Source: Acidimicrobiia bacterium (GTDB lineage: Bacteria; Actinomycetota; Acidimicrobiia; Spongiisociales; ZC4RG35). From it: a stretch of DNA of 58,488 bases. Position numbers and translations under genes: made by a program. Below, in pieces: positions 9,917-19,089 of this stretch. The stretch is taken from contig JBBDQO010000012.1 in NCBI GenBank assembly GCA_040905925.1, positions 1 through 58,488 on the forward strand, in the 5' to 3' direction. Each line of letters opens with the position of its first letter. Position 1 is the first letter of the stretch. A model generated the notes under the pieces. The model searched no databases. It worked only from the letters and a program-made list of their open reading frames with translations, and was not told the origin of the DNA.

Positions 9917-10884
9917 AGGGCCAGCTCGACGGCAAGACGCCCGGGTAGGTCCCGATCGGCGCTGTCCCTGGCCATGACGAGGGCGTTTGCTATTGCCACC
10001 CGGCTCGAAGCCCCATGGGCGATTACGACAACACCCTTGATCCCGAGAAGTTGGGCCCCGCCGTATGTTTCCCAATCGAGACGCTGACGCACCCGGAACA
10101 AGGCCGGCATAGCCGCGTCTTGGATGGCCGGGTCGAGCAACGCCAGTTCTTCCAGGAGGTAGAGGGCGACGATCTGGACCGCCCCCTCCGTGGTCTTGAG
10201 CAGGATGTTCCCGGTGAACCCGTCAGTGACGATCACATCGGCGCGGTCCGTGGCAACATCGCGCCCCTCGACGTTCCCGATGAAATTGACCGGAGCACTC
10301 TCGAGAAGGTCGTAAGCGGCCCGTTCCAGGTCCCGCCCTTTTCCCTTCTCCTCACCATTGGAGAGAAGCCCCACTCGTGGCTCGGCAAGCCCGAGCATGA
10401 CCTGCGCGGCCACCGAGCCCATGATCCCGAACTGAGCGAGTTGCTCCGGCTTGACCTCGGGATTGGCCCCGGAATCCAGCACCAGGGTCGGTGACCCGGG
10501 CGTGGGGAAGAGCGAGGCGATCGACGGCCGGGATACCCCCTTGATCCTGCCGATGATGATCGCCGCCGCGGCCATAGCGGCGCCTGTGGAGCCCGCGGAG
10601 ACCAAGCCGGCAGCGGAGCCCTCGGCGACCAGCTTCGCCGCCACTCTGATGGAGGCGCCCGGCTTCTCTCGAAGTGAGCGCGCCGGATCGTCGGACATCC
10701 CGATGACTTCGGGCGCGTCGACGATGGGAAGCCGGGTTTCGTGTTTGGCGAGCTCGGCCTCCAGCGAGACGTGCTCACCGACCAGGACCACCTCGACACC
10801 CCGACGTGAGGCTTCAACCGCGCCAGCTACCGTCTCGATTGGGGCGTTGTCGCCCCCCATTGCGTCGAGGGCGATGCGTGCCAA
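9913..10884 (-). CDS. plsX: Phosphate acyltransferase PlsX
   Basis: ARIALDAMGGDNAP, and VTDGFTGNILLKT further along. TTG start 4 nt downstream of the rpmF stop. Confidence 0.92.
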   Translation of the reverse strand: MARIALDAMGGDNAPIETVAGAVEASRRGVEVVLVGEHVSLEAELAKHETRLPIVDAPEVIGMSDDPARSLREKPGASIRVAAKLVAEGSAAGLVSAGSTGAAMAAAAIIIGRIKGVSRPSIASLFPTPGSPTLVLDSGANPEVKPEQLAQFGIMGSVAAQVMLGLAEPRVGLLSNGEEKGKGRDLERAAYDLLESAPVNFIGNVEGRDVATDRADVIVTDGFTGNILLKTTEGAVQIVALYLLEELALLDPAIQDAAMPALFRVRQRLDWETYGGAQLLGIKGVVVIAHGASSRVAIANALVMARDSADRDLPGRLAVELAL

Positions 10885-10887
10885 GCC

Positions 10888-11064
10888 TCAGTCTGCCTTT
10901 ACGACCTCGCGGCCCTTATAGGTACCGCACTCACGGCATGCGCGATGAGGCAGCTTGGGCTTGCCGCATTGCTCACAGGCGACCGCGGTGGGACGTGTGC
11001 CCTTCCAAACGGCCTTGCGTTGCCGGGTCCGCGAGCGCGACATCTTCTTCTTGGGCACCGCCAT
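10888..11064 (-). CDS. rpmF: 50S ribosomal protein L32
   Basis: Read by hand (58 aa, below the ORF-track cutoff): MAVPKKKMSRSRTRQRKAVWKGTRPTAVACEQCGKPKLPHRACRECGTYKGREVVKAD. A GAGGAG Shine-Dalgarno lies about 8 nt upstream. Confidence 0.9.
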   Translation of the reverse strand: MAVPKKKMSRSRTRQRKAVWKGTRPTAVACEQCGKPKLPHRACRECGTYKGREVVKAD

Positions 11065-11085
11065 CTGCGGGCACTCCTCAATAGG

Positions 11086-11577
11086 TCAGGAATCGAACAG
11101 GTCTTTCAGGACGGCAAAAGGCGAATCGGAATCCTCCCCATGACCGTCGCAGGGTTCCGTATTCAAGTCGGTTCCGCACGTTGGGCAAAGTCCCTTGCAA
11201 CCCGGGGTGCAGAGCGGGACGATCGGCAGACTGAGGGCCAACTCGTCCTTGGCCGGCCCTGAGATGTCGATTCGGCTGTCGACGATGCCGTAACCATCCT
11301 CGTCCGGCACCCGCCCATACACCTGATCGCCCTCGGCCGTCATCGTCTCGTCCCACGCCGTGAGACAGCGGGTGCAGGTCAGATGGGCCTCGGCGGAGAC
11401 AGTGAAATGTGCTTTTACCGCATCGATGAGGCCCAACACCGCACCAGTGACCCTCATCGGGCCGTCGACAACCGTCTCCCCCAGGCGCAAGTGGACCGGT
11501 TTCTCACCAGAGAACGGTCGTTGCTTTCCCGGGGCGCCGATCAGGTCACCGACAGGGACCAGGAGATCGTTGGTCAT
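11086..11577 (-). CDS. DUF177 / YceD-family protein (large-subunit rRNA accumulation protein)
   Basis: Conserved position immediately upstream of rpmF. Cysteine pairs CTRC ... CKGLCPTCG are typical of the family. Start at the internal ATG (MTNDLL). Confidence 0.85.
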   Translation of the reverse strand: MTNDLLVPVGDLIGAPGKQRPFSGEKPVHLRLGETVVDGPMRVTGAVLGLIDAVKAHFTVSAEAHLTCTRCLTAWDETMTAEGDQVYGRVPDEDGYGIVDSRIDISGPAKDELALSLPIVPLCTPGCKGLCPTCGTDLNTEPCDGHGEDSDSPFAVLKDLFDS

Positions 11578-11578
11578 C

Positions 11579-12121
11579 TCAGATCGGGACGTCCGGGGGC
11601 TTGGGACGGGCCGTGTGCAGTTCGTCGCGAGCCGTTTGCACCTGAACTGTGATCTCGGCGAGTAGACCCTCCACCCTCTGCAGCTTCTTCTCGATCTCGT
11701 CCTCGGTCTCGAGACGGAGGCGACGGGCATCCCCTTCGGCCCGGCGCACCAGGAGATTGGCCTCCTCGACCGCCTCGGCGACGATGCTGGAGTCCGCTAC
11801 CAACTCATCCGCCTCGTTTCGCGCCCGGTCCACGATCTCCCTGGCCTTCTCGTTGGTTCGGGAGATGAAGGCCTCGCGCTCACGGACCATCCATCGTGCG
11901 GCTCGCAGCTCGTCGGGCAGCCCTGCCCTGATCCGCTCCAGCAGGCTCAGGAACTGCTCGCGGTCGACCATGGCAGTCCCCGACAGCGGAACCGACTTGG
12001 CCTCGTGGAGAAAGACGATCAGGTCGTCGACCATGTCCTGAAGGTCTCCGAGCTCGGTCCTGTTCGGCATCTCCACCGAGTCGGTCGGCGCGGCTTCGGT
12101 TGTGGTTGGTTCGTGAGTCAT
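11579..12121 (-). CDS. Coiled-coil protein (DivIVA / ATP-synthase-b-like, SepIVA-like position)
   Basis: Charged heptad-rich sequence (EKAREIVDRARNEADELVADS...RLRLETEDEIEKKLQRVEGLLAEI). The ATG at 12121 overlaps the coaD stop (ATGA). Function is not determinable from the sequence. Confidence 0.55.
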   Translation of the reverse strand: MTHEPTTTEAAPTDSVEMPNRTELGDLQDMVDDLIVFLHEAKSVPLSGTAMVDREQFLSLLERIRAGLPDELRAARWMVREREAFISRTNEKAREIVDRARNEADELVADSSIVAEAVEEANLLVRRAEGDARRLRLETEDEIEKKLQRVEGLLAEITVQVQTARDELHTARPKPPDVPI

Positions 12122-12585
12122 GACAGGCGCTCCTTGAGTGCTTTTTCGACCACGTCTGGCACCAGCCCGCTCACCGATCCTCCCAGCCTCGCCACTTCCT
12201 TGACCAGCGACGAGGAGACAAAACTCCAATCTTCCTTGGCGGCCATGAAGATGGTCTCCATCCCCGTGAGGTTGCGGTTCATCTGTGCCATCTGGAGCTC
12301 ATACTCGTAGTCGCCAATGGTACGAAGCCCTTTTATCACGACGTCCGCGCCGGTGTCGCGGGCGAAGTCGACCAGAAGGCCGCTGAAGGTCTCGACGCGG
12401 ACCCTGTCACCGAAGATGTCCTTGAACATGTCGGCACGTTCGGAGGCAGTGAATAGGGCGGCCTTGGCCGGGTTATCCACGATAGCGATGACGACCTCAT
12501 CGAAGCTGGCGATCGCTCTCTCGATCACGTCCACGTGACCGTTGGTAGGAGGATCAAAGCTTCCTGGGCAAAGGGCTTTCGTCAT
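12118..12585 (-). CDS. coaD: Phosphopantetheine adenylyltransferase
   Basis: MTKALCPGSFDPPTNGHVDVIERA carries the HxGH-type nucleotidyltransferase motif. Confidence 0.93.
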   Translation of the reverse strand: MTKALCPGSFDPPTNGHVDVIERAIASFDEVVIAIVDNPAKAALFTASERADMFKDIFGDRVRVETFSGLLVDFARDTGADVVIKGLRTIGDYEYELQMAQMNRNLTGMETIFMAAKEDWSFVSSSLVKEVARLGGSVSGLVPDVVEKALKERLS

Positions 12586-13130
12586 CGGGTTTCTGATTCC
12601 CTCACGTACCTGAAGATTCTGGTATCTCCGTAGCGTCTATCGGTGGCAACCCCCCAGGTTACGGGGATCGACGGCTCCTCGTCGGAGTGACGCCGGGACA
12701 CAACCACTTCAGCGCTGGGAGCCAACAGCGGGTCGAGACGCACGAGGTCGGCTCCAATCACCTCTGACGGTTGAGTCCAGGGAGGGTCCATGAACACCAG
12801 GTCGTAGCTCCCGGCCGACCGGTTGAGATAGTCCGACACCTTTGAGCTCACCACCGTGCCCCCCAGGCCGACGACTTCGATGTTGCGGCGCAGGGCAATC
12901 AGCGCCTTGGCACCGTTCTCCACAAACGTGGCCGCCCGGGCGCCCCGTGAGAGCGCCTCGAGACCAAACGAGCCCGACCCGGCATACAAATCGAGGACGT
13001 TTGCTTCCTCCACCCAGGAGCCGACGATCGAGAAGACCGCCTCTCGCACCCGGTCGGTCACGGGCCGGGTCCCCTTTGATTCCGGTGCTATCAGCCTTCG
13101 CCCCTTGGCCGCGCCGGCAATGATCCGCAT
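12582..13130 (-). CDS. rsmD: 16S rRNA (guanine966-N2)-methyltransferase RsmD
   Basis: MRIIAGAAKGRRL...RPVTDRVREAVFSI...DLYAGSGSFGLEALSRGA...FMDPPW. Conserved neighbour of coaD. Confidence 0.88.
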   Translation of the reverse strand: MRIIAGAAKGRRLIAPESKGTRPVTDRVREAVFSIVGSWVEEANVLDLYAGSGSFGLEALSRGARAATFVENGAKALIALRRNIEVVGLGGTVVSSKVSDYLNRSAGSYDLVFMDPPWTQPSEVIGADLVRLDPLLAPSAEVVVSRRHSDEEPSIPVTWGVATDRRYGDTRIFRYVRESETR

Positions 13131-13147
13131 CGACTGGACGCTAACCC

Positions 13148-15328
13148 TCAGCTATGGAACAGCCACTCCACGGCGTCCCCCAGCATCGATCTGACTTCCT
13201 CCGCCAAGTCAGGATGACCGCTCAGCTCGGGGTCGCGGTCGACCAGCTCGAAAGCGTCATGTCGGGCGGCCACCAGCAGGTCGAAGTCTCTCAGGACGTC
13301 GGCCAGGCGGAGGTCGGCCATACCCGACTGGCGGGCTCCGAACACAGTTCCCTGTCCCCTGATCTTGAGGTCCTCCTCGGCAAGCACGAAGCCGTCAGTG
13401 GTCGAGGCCATGGCACGGAGCCGTTGCTCACTCTCGTCGGTGGTCGGGTCGGCGAGGAGAAGACAAAGCCCGGGGTGCAGGCCACGCCCGACCCGGCCTC
13501 GCAGCTGGTGGAGCTGGCTCAACCCGAAGCGGTCGGCGTCCTCGATCACCATCACTGTGGCGTTGGGCACGTCGATCCCCACCTCGATCACCGTCGTGGC
13601 CACCAAGACGTCGATCTCACCCGCCCGAAACTCCGCCATCACCTGGTCCTTCTCCCCCGATCGCAGCTGCCCGTGGATGAGGCCGACCCGGAGCCCCGTC
13701 ATCAGCGCCGACAACCGTTGGAACTCCGCAACCGCAGATGCCGCCTCCACCTTGGGGCTGTCCTCGACGAGCGGGCAGACCACGAAGGCCTGACGCCCCT
13801 CGGCCACTGCGGCCCGGACCGCGTTCCACGCCACGTTTTCCTGCAGCGGTGAAATGACCTTGGTCTTGACGGGAATGCGTCCCGGTGGCATCTCGCTGAT
13901 CATCGACATGTCGAGGTCCCCATAGATGGTCATCGAAAGGGTCCTGGGGATCGGGGTGGCGGTCATGATCAGGAGGTCGGGATCAACGGCATCAGCCTTC
14001 TCCTTGAGCAGCACCCGTTGCGCCACCCCGAAACGATGCTGCTCGTCGACCACAGCGACGCCCAGTCGGGCGAAATGGACCCCTTCCTGGATCAGGGCGT
14101 GGGTGCCCACCAAAACGTCGACCTGGCCGCTGGCGATGTCTTCGAGCAGGCGATCGCGGGTGATGTCCTCCCGATAGTTCGCCACGGCGGTCGATCCAGT
14201 GAGAAGTGCCATATGGACCGCGGGTCCATCGGAGGCGAACAAGCTTGCCATTCCCAGGTCGGAAAGGGGCCCGAGCGGGTCCGGGGAGAGCCCGGACTGG
14301 GCCAGCAATGCGGTCACACCTTGATAGTGCTGGCCGGCGAGGACTTCGGTGGGCGCCATGATCGCTCCCTGCCAACCGCCTTCGACCCCCTGGAGAAGGG
14401 TGGCCACCGCGACCACGGTCTTGCCCGACCCGACCTCCCCCTGTAACAGCCGGTGCATCGGGTAGCCGAGCCGGAGATCGGCCGAGATCTCCTCGAGGGC
14501 CTGCTTCTGCGCTCCTGTCAGGGTGAACGGGAGACCGTTGAGGAACCGATCGACCAGCTCCCCGGTGGGCTCATGGGCGATCCCGGTCGAGTCCAGCATT
14601 TGACGCCTCTTTTGCATGGCCAATGCCAGCTCGAGGCGGAACAGCTCATCGAAGGCGAGCCGGTTGCGCGCCGGGACCACCTGTTCCATTGTCTCCGGGA
14701 AATGGACCTGCTCATAGGCCTGCTCCCGCCCGATCAGGGAAAGTCGCGCCAACGACTCGGCTGGGATCGTGTCCACTATCGGTTTCGACCGTTGCAGGGC
14801 ACTTCGGATGGCGCGGCGGATGACCCATGGGTTGATCTTGGCAATCTGAGGGTGAACCGGCACCCAACGGCCCGTCACCAACGCCTCGGTTGTGTCATTG
14901 AGTATGTCGTAAGCCGGGGTTTTCATCTGGAGGGAGCCCTTGAAGGACTCCACCACACCTGCGAGCGAGAGCTGCATCCCTTCTCTGATGGTCTTGTCGA
15001 TGTGTTTCAGGTTGAACCAGACCGCCTTGATCGAGGCCGTGTCGTCGGCTATCCGAACCTCAGTGATCAGCAGCTTGGGTTTGGGCCGACGGGTCTGGAC
15101 CGACTTCACTTCCCCGACGACCGTTACCTCGGATCCGACCGGGACCATTGCAATGTCGGCGGTCTCGGTGCGATCGACATAGCGACGGGGGATGTGATGG
15201 AGCAGGTCGGCGACGTTCCGAATGCCGACCTCAGCCAGAGCGTGCTGGCGCGAGGGACCGATGTCCTTGACCTTCGAAGTGGGGACCGCAACTAGCCGGC
15301 TCAGAGTTGCCACCTCGCAACGGTACAT
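13148..15328 (-). CDS. recG: ATP-dependent DNA helicase RecG
   Basis: Wedge domain plus SF2 helicase motifs: [55 protein letters not shown]. Confidence 0.93.
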   Translation of the reverse strand: MYRCEVATLSRLVAVPTSKVKDIGPSRQHALAEVGIRNVADLLHHIPRRYVDRTETADIAMVPVGSEVTVVGEVKSVQTRRPKPKLLITEVRIADDTASIKAVWFNLKHIDKTIREGMQLSLAGVVESFKGSLQMKTPAYDILNDTTEALVTGRWVPVHPQIAKINPWVIRRAIRSALQRSKPIVDTIPAESLARLSLIGREQAYEQVHFPETMEQVVPARNRLAFDELFRLELALAMQKRRQMLDSTGIAHEPTGELVDRFLNGLPFTLTGAQKQALEEISADLRLGYPMHRLLQGEVGSGKTVVAVATLLQGVEGGWQGAIMAPTEVLAGQHYQGVTALLAQSGLSPDPLGPLSDLGMASLFASDGPAVHMALLTGSTAVANYREDITRDRLLEDIASGQVDVLVGTHALIQEGVHFARLGVAVVDEQHRFGVAQRVLLKEKADAVDPDLLIMTATPIPRTLSMTIYGDLDMSMISEMPPGRIPVKTKVISPLQENVAWNAVRAAVAEGRQAFVVCPLVEDSPKVEAASAVAEFQRLSALMTGLRVGLIHGQLRSGEKDQVMAEFRAGEIDVLVATTVIEVGIDVPNATVMVIEDADRFGLSQLHQLRGRVGRGLHPGLCLLLADPTTDESEQRLRAMASTTDGFVLAEEDLKIRGQGTVFGARQSGMADLRLADVLRDFDLLVAARHDAFELVDRDPELSGHPDLAEEVRSMLGDAVEWLFHS

Positions 15329-15428
15329 CCGGAGTGGGACTTGGCCGGGATCGCCGCTATCCTGCCGCTCGGTCGCGACGGTTCGATCGATCCGTCTGCC
15401 TTCCGACCGTCCCAGGAGTATTCCAATA

Positions 15429-15617
15429 ATGTCTTATCGCTGCGAGATCTGTGGCAAGGAGCCGAGCTACGGCAAAACCGTCAGCTTCTCCCACAAACGC
15501 AACAACCGTCGTTGGCTTCCCAACATCCAGCGGGTCAGGGTCCGTCACGGGTCGAACACCCGTCGCGCCCGGGTCTGCACCTCCTGCATCCGCGCCGGCA
15601 AGGTGGAAAAGGCCTGA
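15429..15617 (+). CDS. rpmB: 50S ribosomal protein L28
   Basis: [38 protein letters not shown]... An AGGAG lies upstream. This is the internal ATG of the longer track ORF. Confidence 0.9.
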   Translation: MSYRCEICGKEPSYGKTVSFSHKRNNRRWLPNIQRVRVRHGSNTRRARVCTSCIRAGKVEKA

Positions 15618-15619
15618 GC

Positions 15620-15835
15620 ATGCTCCAGGGTGTGGTCAAGACCTACGACCCTGTGACCGGTGCCGGGATCATCGTCCGTGACGACGACCGCTCAGAGGTC
15701 TACCTGCGGGCCGGCGCCCTCCAAGGATCGATCTTCCGCACCCTGCGCCAGGGCCAACGGCTCGTCTTCGACACCATCGAGGAGGACGGGAACCAGTACG
15801 CCATCTCGATCAGGGTGGGCCAGCAAGGCTACTGA
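15620..15835 (+). CDS. Cold-shock-domain-like small protein with degenerate RNP motifs
   Basis: 71 aa. It aligns by eye with CspA (GVVKTYDPVTGAGIIVRDD..EVYLRAGAL...GQRLVFD), but the aromatic RNP1/RNP2 residues are replaced. It starts 2 nt after the rpmB stop. Confidence 0.6.
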   Translation: MLQGVVKTYDPVTGAGIIVRDDDRSEVYLRAGALQGSIFRTLRQGQRLVFDTIEEDGNQYAISIRVGQQGY

Positions 15836-15868
15836 CCCGATTGCCGACAGACGCGGTGCAACAGCCCC

Positions 15869-16609
15869 CTACTCCCAGCGGAAGAAACGCACCGCCGCCC
15901 CGGCACAGGCCAAGGTCAGCACGGCGACCACCAACCATGAGTAGCCAGCATCGAGACCGAGCCACCCATCCTGCAAGGCAAGGATGGCGTGACGAAGCGG
16001 GGTGAGCTCACCGACCGTGTTCATCGCGCCGGTCAGCACCTCAGGGGGCGGGCCTGCGCCCCCGACCATGAGCATCACGAACCACAGCAGCACACCCAGC
16101 GCCTGGGCGGAACGGGATGAGGGGAGAAGGGCACCGAGCAGGACGCCGATGGACGAGAAGGCAAGCGCAACGAGAGCAAAGCTCGCCACCACGGTCAGGG
16201 TCGAGGCGGGGCCGGTGACGTCGTAAACGGGTATGGCCGCGAGGACCAAGGTCAGGGCGCTGACCGCGGAGATCAGGCACGTCACTCCAACCTGAGACCC
16301 GATGACCGCCCACGCAGGCATGGACGAAGCCCGATAGCGCTTGAGGACACCCCGCTCCCGGTTGCTGGCCAGCTGGGTGGGGAGGGTGATGAGCCCCACC
16401 GAGGCCGCCACCAGTGCGATGTAAGCGGGAACGTAGTAGTCCATCGCCCCCACCCCCCGGTAGAAGCCTTCCTGAGCCACGTTGCCGAAGACGCCACCCA
16501 TGACAAAGAGCACGGTCAAGGGAAGGACAAATGCGAAGACGACGGTCAGTGGCTCCCGCAAGAAGAGCTTCAACTCGAGCCATGTCATCTTGCCCAGCAT
16601 CCTCACCAC
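15869..16609 (-). CDS. ABC-2 type transporter permease
   Basis: Six hydrophobic segments. It overlaps the upstream ATPase gene by 7 nt. Confidence 0.8.
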   Translation of the reverse strand: MVRMLGKMTWLELKLFLREPLTVVFAFVLPLTVLFVMGGVFGNVAQEGFYRGVGAMDYYVPAYIALVAASVGLITLPTQLASNRERGVLKRYRASSMPAWAVIGSQVGVTCLISAVSALTLVLAAIPVYDVTGPASTLTVVASFALVALAFSSIGVLLGALLPSSRSAQALGVLLWFVMLMVGGAGPPPEVLTGAMNTVGELTPLRHAILALQDGWLGLDAGYSWLVVAVLTLACAGAAVRFFRWE

Positions 16610-17514
16610 TCGGCCTCCTCCCCCGAGGTGAGCGTCAGGAAGACGTCTTCGAGGGTCGCCCGCTCCTGACGCAGATCGAGTGGGGCAAGACCATGGTCGA
16701 GCAATGCAGCCGCCACATAGGTGAGAACCGGTCCCTCTCCACGAACTTCATACCGGTTGCGCTCATGCTGCCAATCGGTGACATGAGGCACCGATGACAA
16801 CCATCCGACGTCCTGGCCGTCGAGGGTGAACCTGACCCTGGCTCCACCGCCGAATCGATCTATCAGATCGGAAGGAGTGCCCCTGGCAACGACCAAACCG
16901 TTGTTGATGACCATGAGACGATCACACAGCGTCTCCGCCTCATCCATGAAATGAGTCACCAAGACAACAGTGGTGCCCCGTTCCCGGATTCGACGGATCA
17001 GATCCCACGCGACTCGACGGGAAGACGGGTCGAGCCCGGTCGTCATCTCGTCGAGGAAAACCAGCCGTGGGTCGTTTACCAACGAGAGGGCGACGAACAG
17101 CCTCTGCTGCTCACCACCTGAGAGACTCCCGAATCGGGCATTCCTTTTCTCGGTGAGACCCCAGTCCGCCAGAAGCTCGCCCCAGGACGGGCCCTGATGG
17201 CTGATGGAGCCAAACAGATCCAGCGCCTCCCATACCTTGACCCGATCCGGCAGCGCCGATTCCTGGAGTTGGGATCCGATCCGGAGACGGATCTCATGGG
17301 GCTCGGTGGAAGGGTCGAAGCCGAGAACCGAAACCGAGCCACCCTCTATCGACCGTAGGCCCTGCAGGCTCTCCACAGTGGTGGTCTTCCCCGACCCGTT
17401 GGGACCGAGTATCCCGTATATCTCCCCCTCTTCGACCGAGAACGAGATGTCCTCAACGGCGGTGAAGTCGCCGTAGCGCTTCACGAGATGTTTGACGTCG
17501 ATGGCGACTGTCAT
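16603..17514 (-). CDS. ABC transporter ATP-binding protein (DrrA-like)
   Basis: GPNGSGKTTT Walker A, LSGGEQQRL signature, LVFLDEMTTGLD Walker B. Confidence 0.9.
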   Translation of the reverse strand: MTVAIDVKHLVKRYGDFTAVEDISFSVEEGEIYGILGPNGSGKTTTVESLQGLRSIEGGSVSVLGFDPSTEPHEIRLRIGSQLQESALPDRVKVWEALDLFGSISHQGPSWGELLADWGLTEKRNARFGSLSGGEQQRLFVALSLVNDPRLVFLDEMTTGLDPSSRRVAWDLIRRIRERGTTVVLVTHFMDEAETLCDRLMVINNGLVVARGTPSDLIDRFGGGARVRFTLDGQDVGWLSSVPHVTDWQHERNRYEVRGEGPVLTYVAAALLDHGLAPLDLRQERATLEDVFLTLTSGEEAEW

Positions 17515-17710
17515 GTCAAACCCACGACCCTGCCGCGATCATGAGCCGAGTTTGTCCAAATCCAGAAGCGGAACATAGGGCCGAAGGTCAATACCGGAAG
17601 GTAACAGTGCGCCTTTGGTCCTGGCGGGCCCGTTCCCCAGGCACGCCACCCCGTGCCCGACAGAAGCCACTTGTGTAGGCTCGGCCTCCCCGAGACCCTA
17701 GGAGGCTCAG

Positions 17711-17944
17711 TTGGTCCAGGCTTTTGTCCTGATTCAGACCGAGGTCGGCAAGGCCGCCCTCGTGGCAGAGGAAGTGCGAACCATCCCCGGTGTCGACTCG
17801 GCAGACGACGTCACCGGCCCCTATGACGTGATCGTCAAGGCAACCAGCGAAGACGTCGACTCGCTCGGCAAGCTGGTCGTCGCCAAGATCCAGGCGATCG
17901 AGGGCATCACCCGCACCCTCACCTGCCCCGTAGTACATCTCTGA
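17711..17944 (+). CDS. Lrp/AsnC ligand-binding-domain-only small protein
   Basis: 77 aa: AFVLIQTEVGKAALVAEEVRTIPGVDSADDVTGPYDVIVKATSEDVDSLGKLV. TTG start with AGGAGG 6 nt upstream. Confidence 0.75.
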   Translation: MVQAFVLIQTEVGKAALVAEEVRTIPGVDSADDVTGPYDVIVKATSEDVDSLGKLVVAKIQAIEGITRTLTCPVVHL

Positions 17945-17968
17945 TCCAGGCCGGCACCCACTGAGACA

Positions 17969-17995
17969 GGACCGGCATTCGCCGGTCCTTCTTGT
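17969..17995 (+). terminator. Intrinsic-terminator-like hairpin between the convergent AsnC-like gene and ddl
   Basis: GGACCGGC-ATTC-GCCGGTCC is a perfect 8-bp stem (17969-17988) followed by TTCTTGT. Confidence 0.55.
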
Positions 17996-18003
17996 AGGGG
18001 GCC

Positions 18004-19080
18004 CTAGCCGAGTTTCGACGCGATCGTGCCCGCGCTGCGCAACGCGGTCCCGTCGCTGCCAGCAACCGAAAACACCCGCACCGGGGCGGCTTCCGCCTCG
18101 GCCACCATGTCGGCGAACAAGACCTCTCTCGACAAGGGCGGGTCGATCCACAGATAGGCCGCCATCGAGCCGGGGATGGTGTTGACCTCATTCACCAGGA
18201 TCTCCCCGTCCCGCTCCAGATAATCGATCCGGGTGATCCCTCTCAGCCCGGCGACTTCGGTCACCCGGGCAGACAGCTTCCTCAGCTCCTGTTCCAGCAC
18301 CGGCTCGAGGTTGGCGGGAAGCTCGCGGCCCCCGCTCACCTCCCCGCCCCACGCCAGGTACTTCTGGTCGTAGGAGTAGATGCCCTCGGGCGCCCGCGAG
18401 GGAGCCTCGATCGCAGAGAGCTGCCACTCGGGATAGGTGCGGACCGCGACCTGGAGGTCGCGGCTGCCGGCGAGGAAGGGTTCGATCACCGCCCCCCGAT
18501 CGAAATAGGAAGAGGCCCGCTTCAAGGCGAGCACGGTCACCCAGTCGTCAGCGATCTCGATCCCGATCGACGACCCTCCGAAGCGGGGTTTGGCGATATA
18601 GGGGCCGTCGAATGCCGGGGCACTCTCGTCGCCGGTGGCCACCAGGGCGCGAGGGAGTGTGGGGAGGCCGGCCGCGGACATCGCAGCCCCGAAGGCGAGC
18701 TTGTCCATCCCCAACGCCGAGGCGGCCTGCCCGGTCCCGGTATACCTGAGACCGGCAACATCGAGCATCCCTTGCAGAGTGCCGTCCTCACCAGGCCCGC
18801 CGTGACATGCGACGAAGACGGCGCCCACATCCAGCGGTCGCTTCTTGAGGACCAGACCTTGTCCCGGTGCCGCGACGAAACTCAGCTCCCTGGAACCTCG
18901 CGGAACCCCGTCCACGAAAGCGGACGCTTCGAGATCGCTGTCCACCAGCTGCCAATCGCCGGTCTTCGACCAGTAGACCGCGTGGACATCGCCCAGAGCC
19001 CGGGTCACCTGGAGACCGGTGAGAATCGAGATGTCGTGCTCGTCGGAGGGCCCTCCGAAGATCACCGCCGGCTTGGCCAT
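18004..19080 (-). CDS. ddl: D-alanine--D-alanine ligase (divergent)
   Basis: FGGPSDEHDIS, CHGGPGEDGTLQGMLDVAGLRYTGTG, AKPRFGGSSIGI, omega-loop IYSYDQKY, NEVNTIPG. Confidence 0.85.
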   Translation of the reverse strand: MAKPAVIFGGPSDEHDISILTGLQVTRALGDVHAVYWSKTGDWQLVDSDLEASAFVDGVPRGSRELSFVAAPGQGLVLKKRPLDVGAVFVACHGGPGEDGTLQGMLDVAGLRYTGTGQAASALGMDKLAFGAAMSAAGLPTLPRALVATGDESAPAFDGPYIAKPRFGGSSIGIEIADDWVTVLALKRASSYFDRGAVIEPFLAGSRDLQVAVRTYPEWQLSAIEAPSRAPEGIYSYDQKYLAWGGEVSGGRELPANLEPVLEQELRKLSARVTEVAGLRGITRIDYLERDGEILVNEVNTIPGSMAAYLWIDPPLSREVLFADMVAEAEAAPVRVFSVAGSDGTALRSAGTIASKLG

Positions 19081-19089
19081 TCGAGCTCC

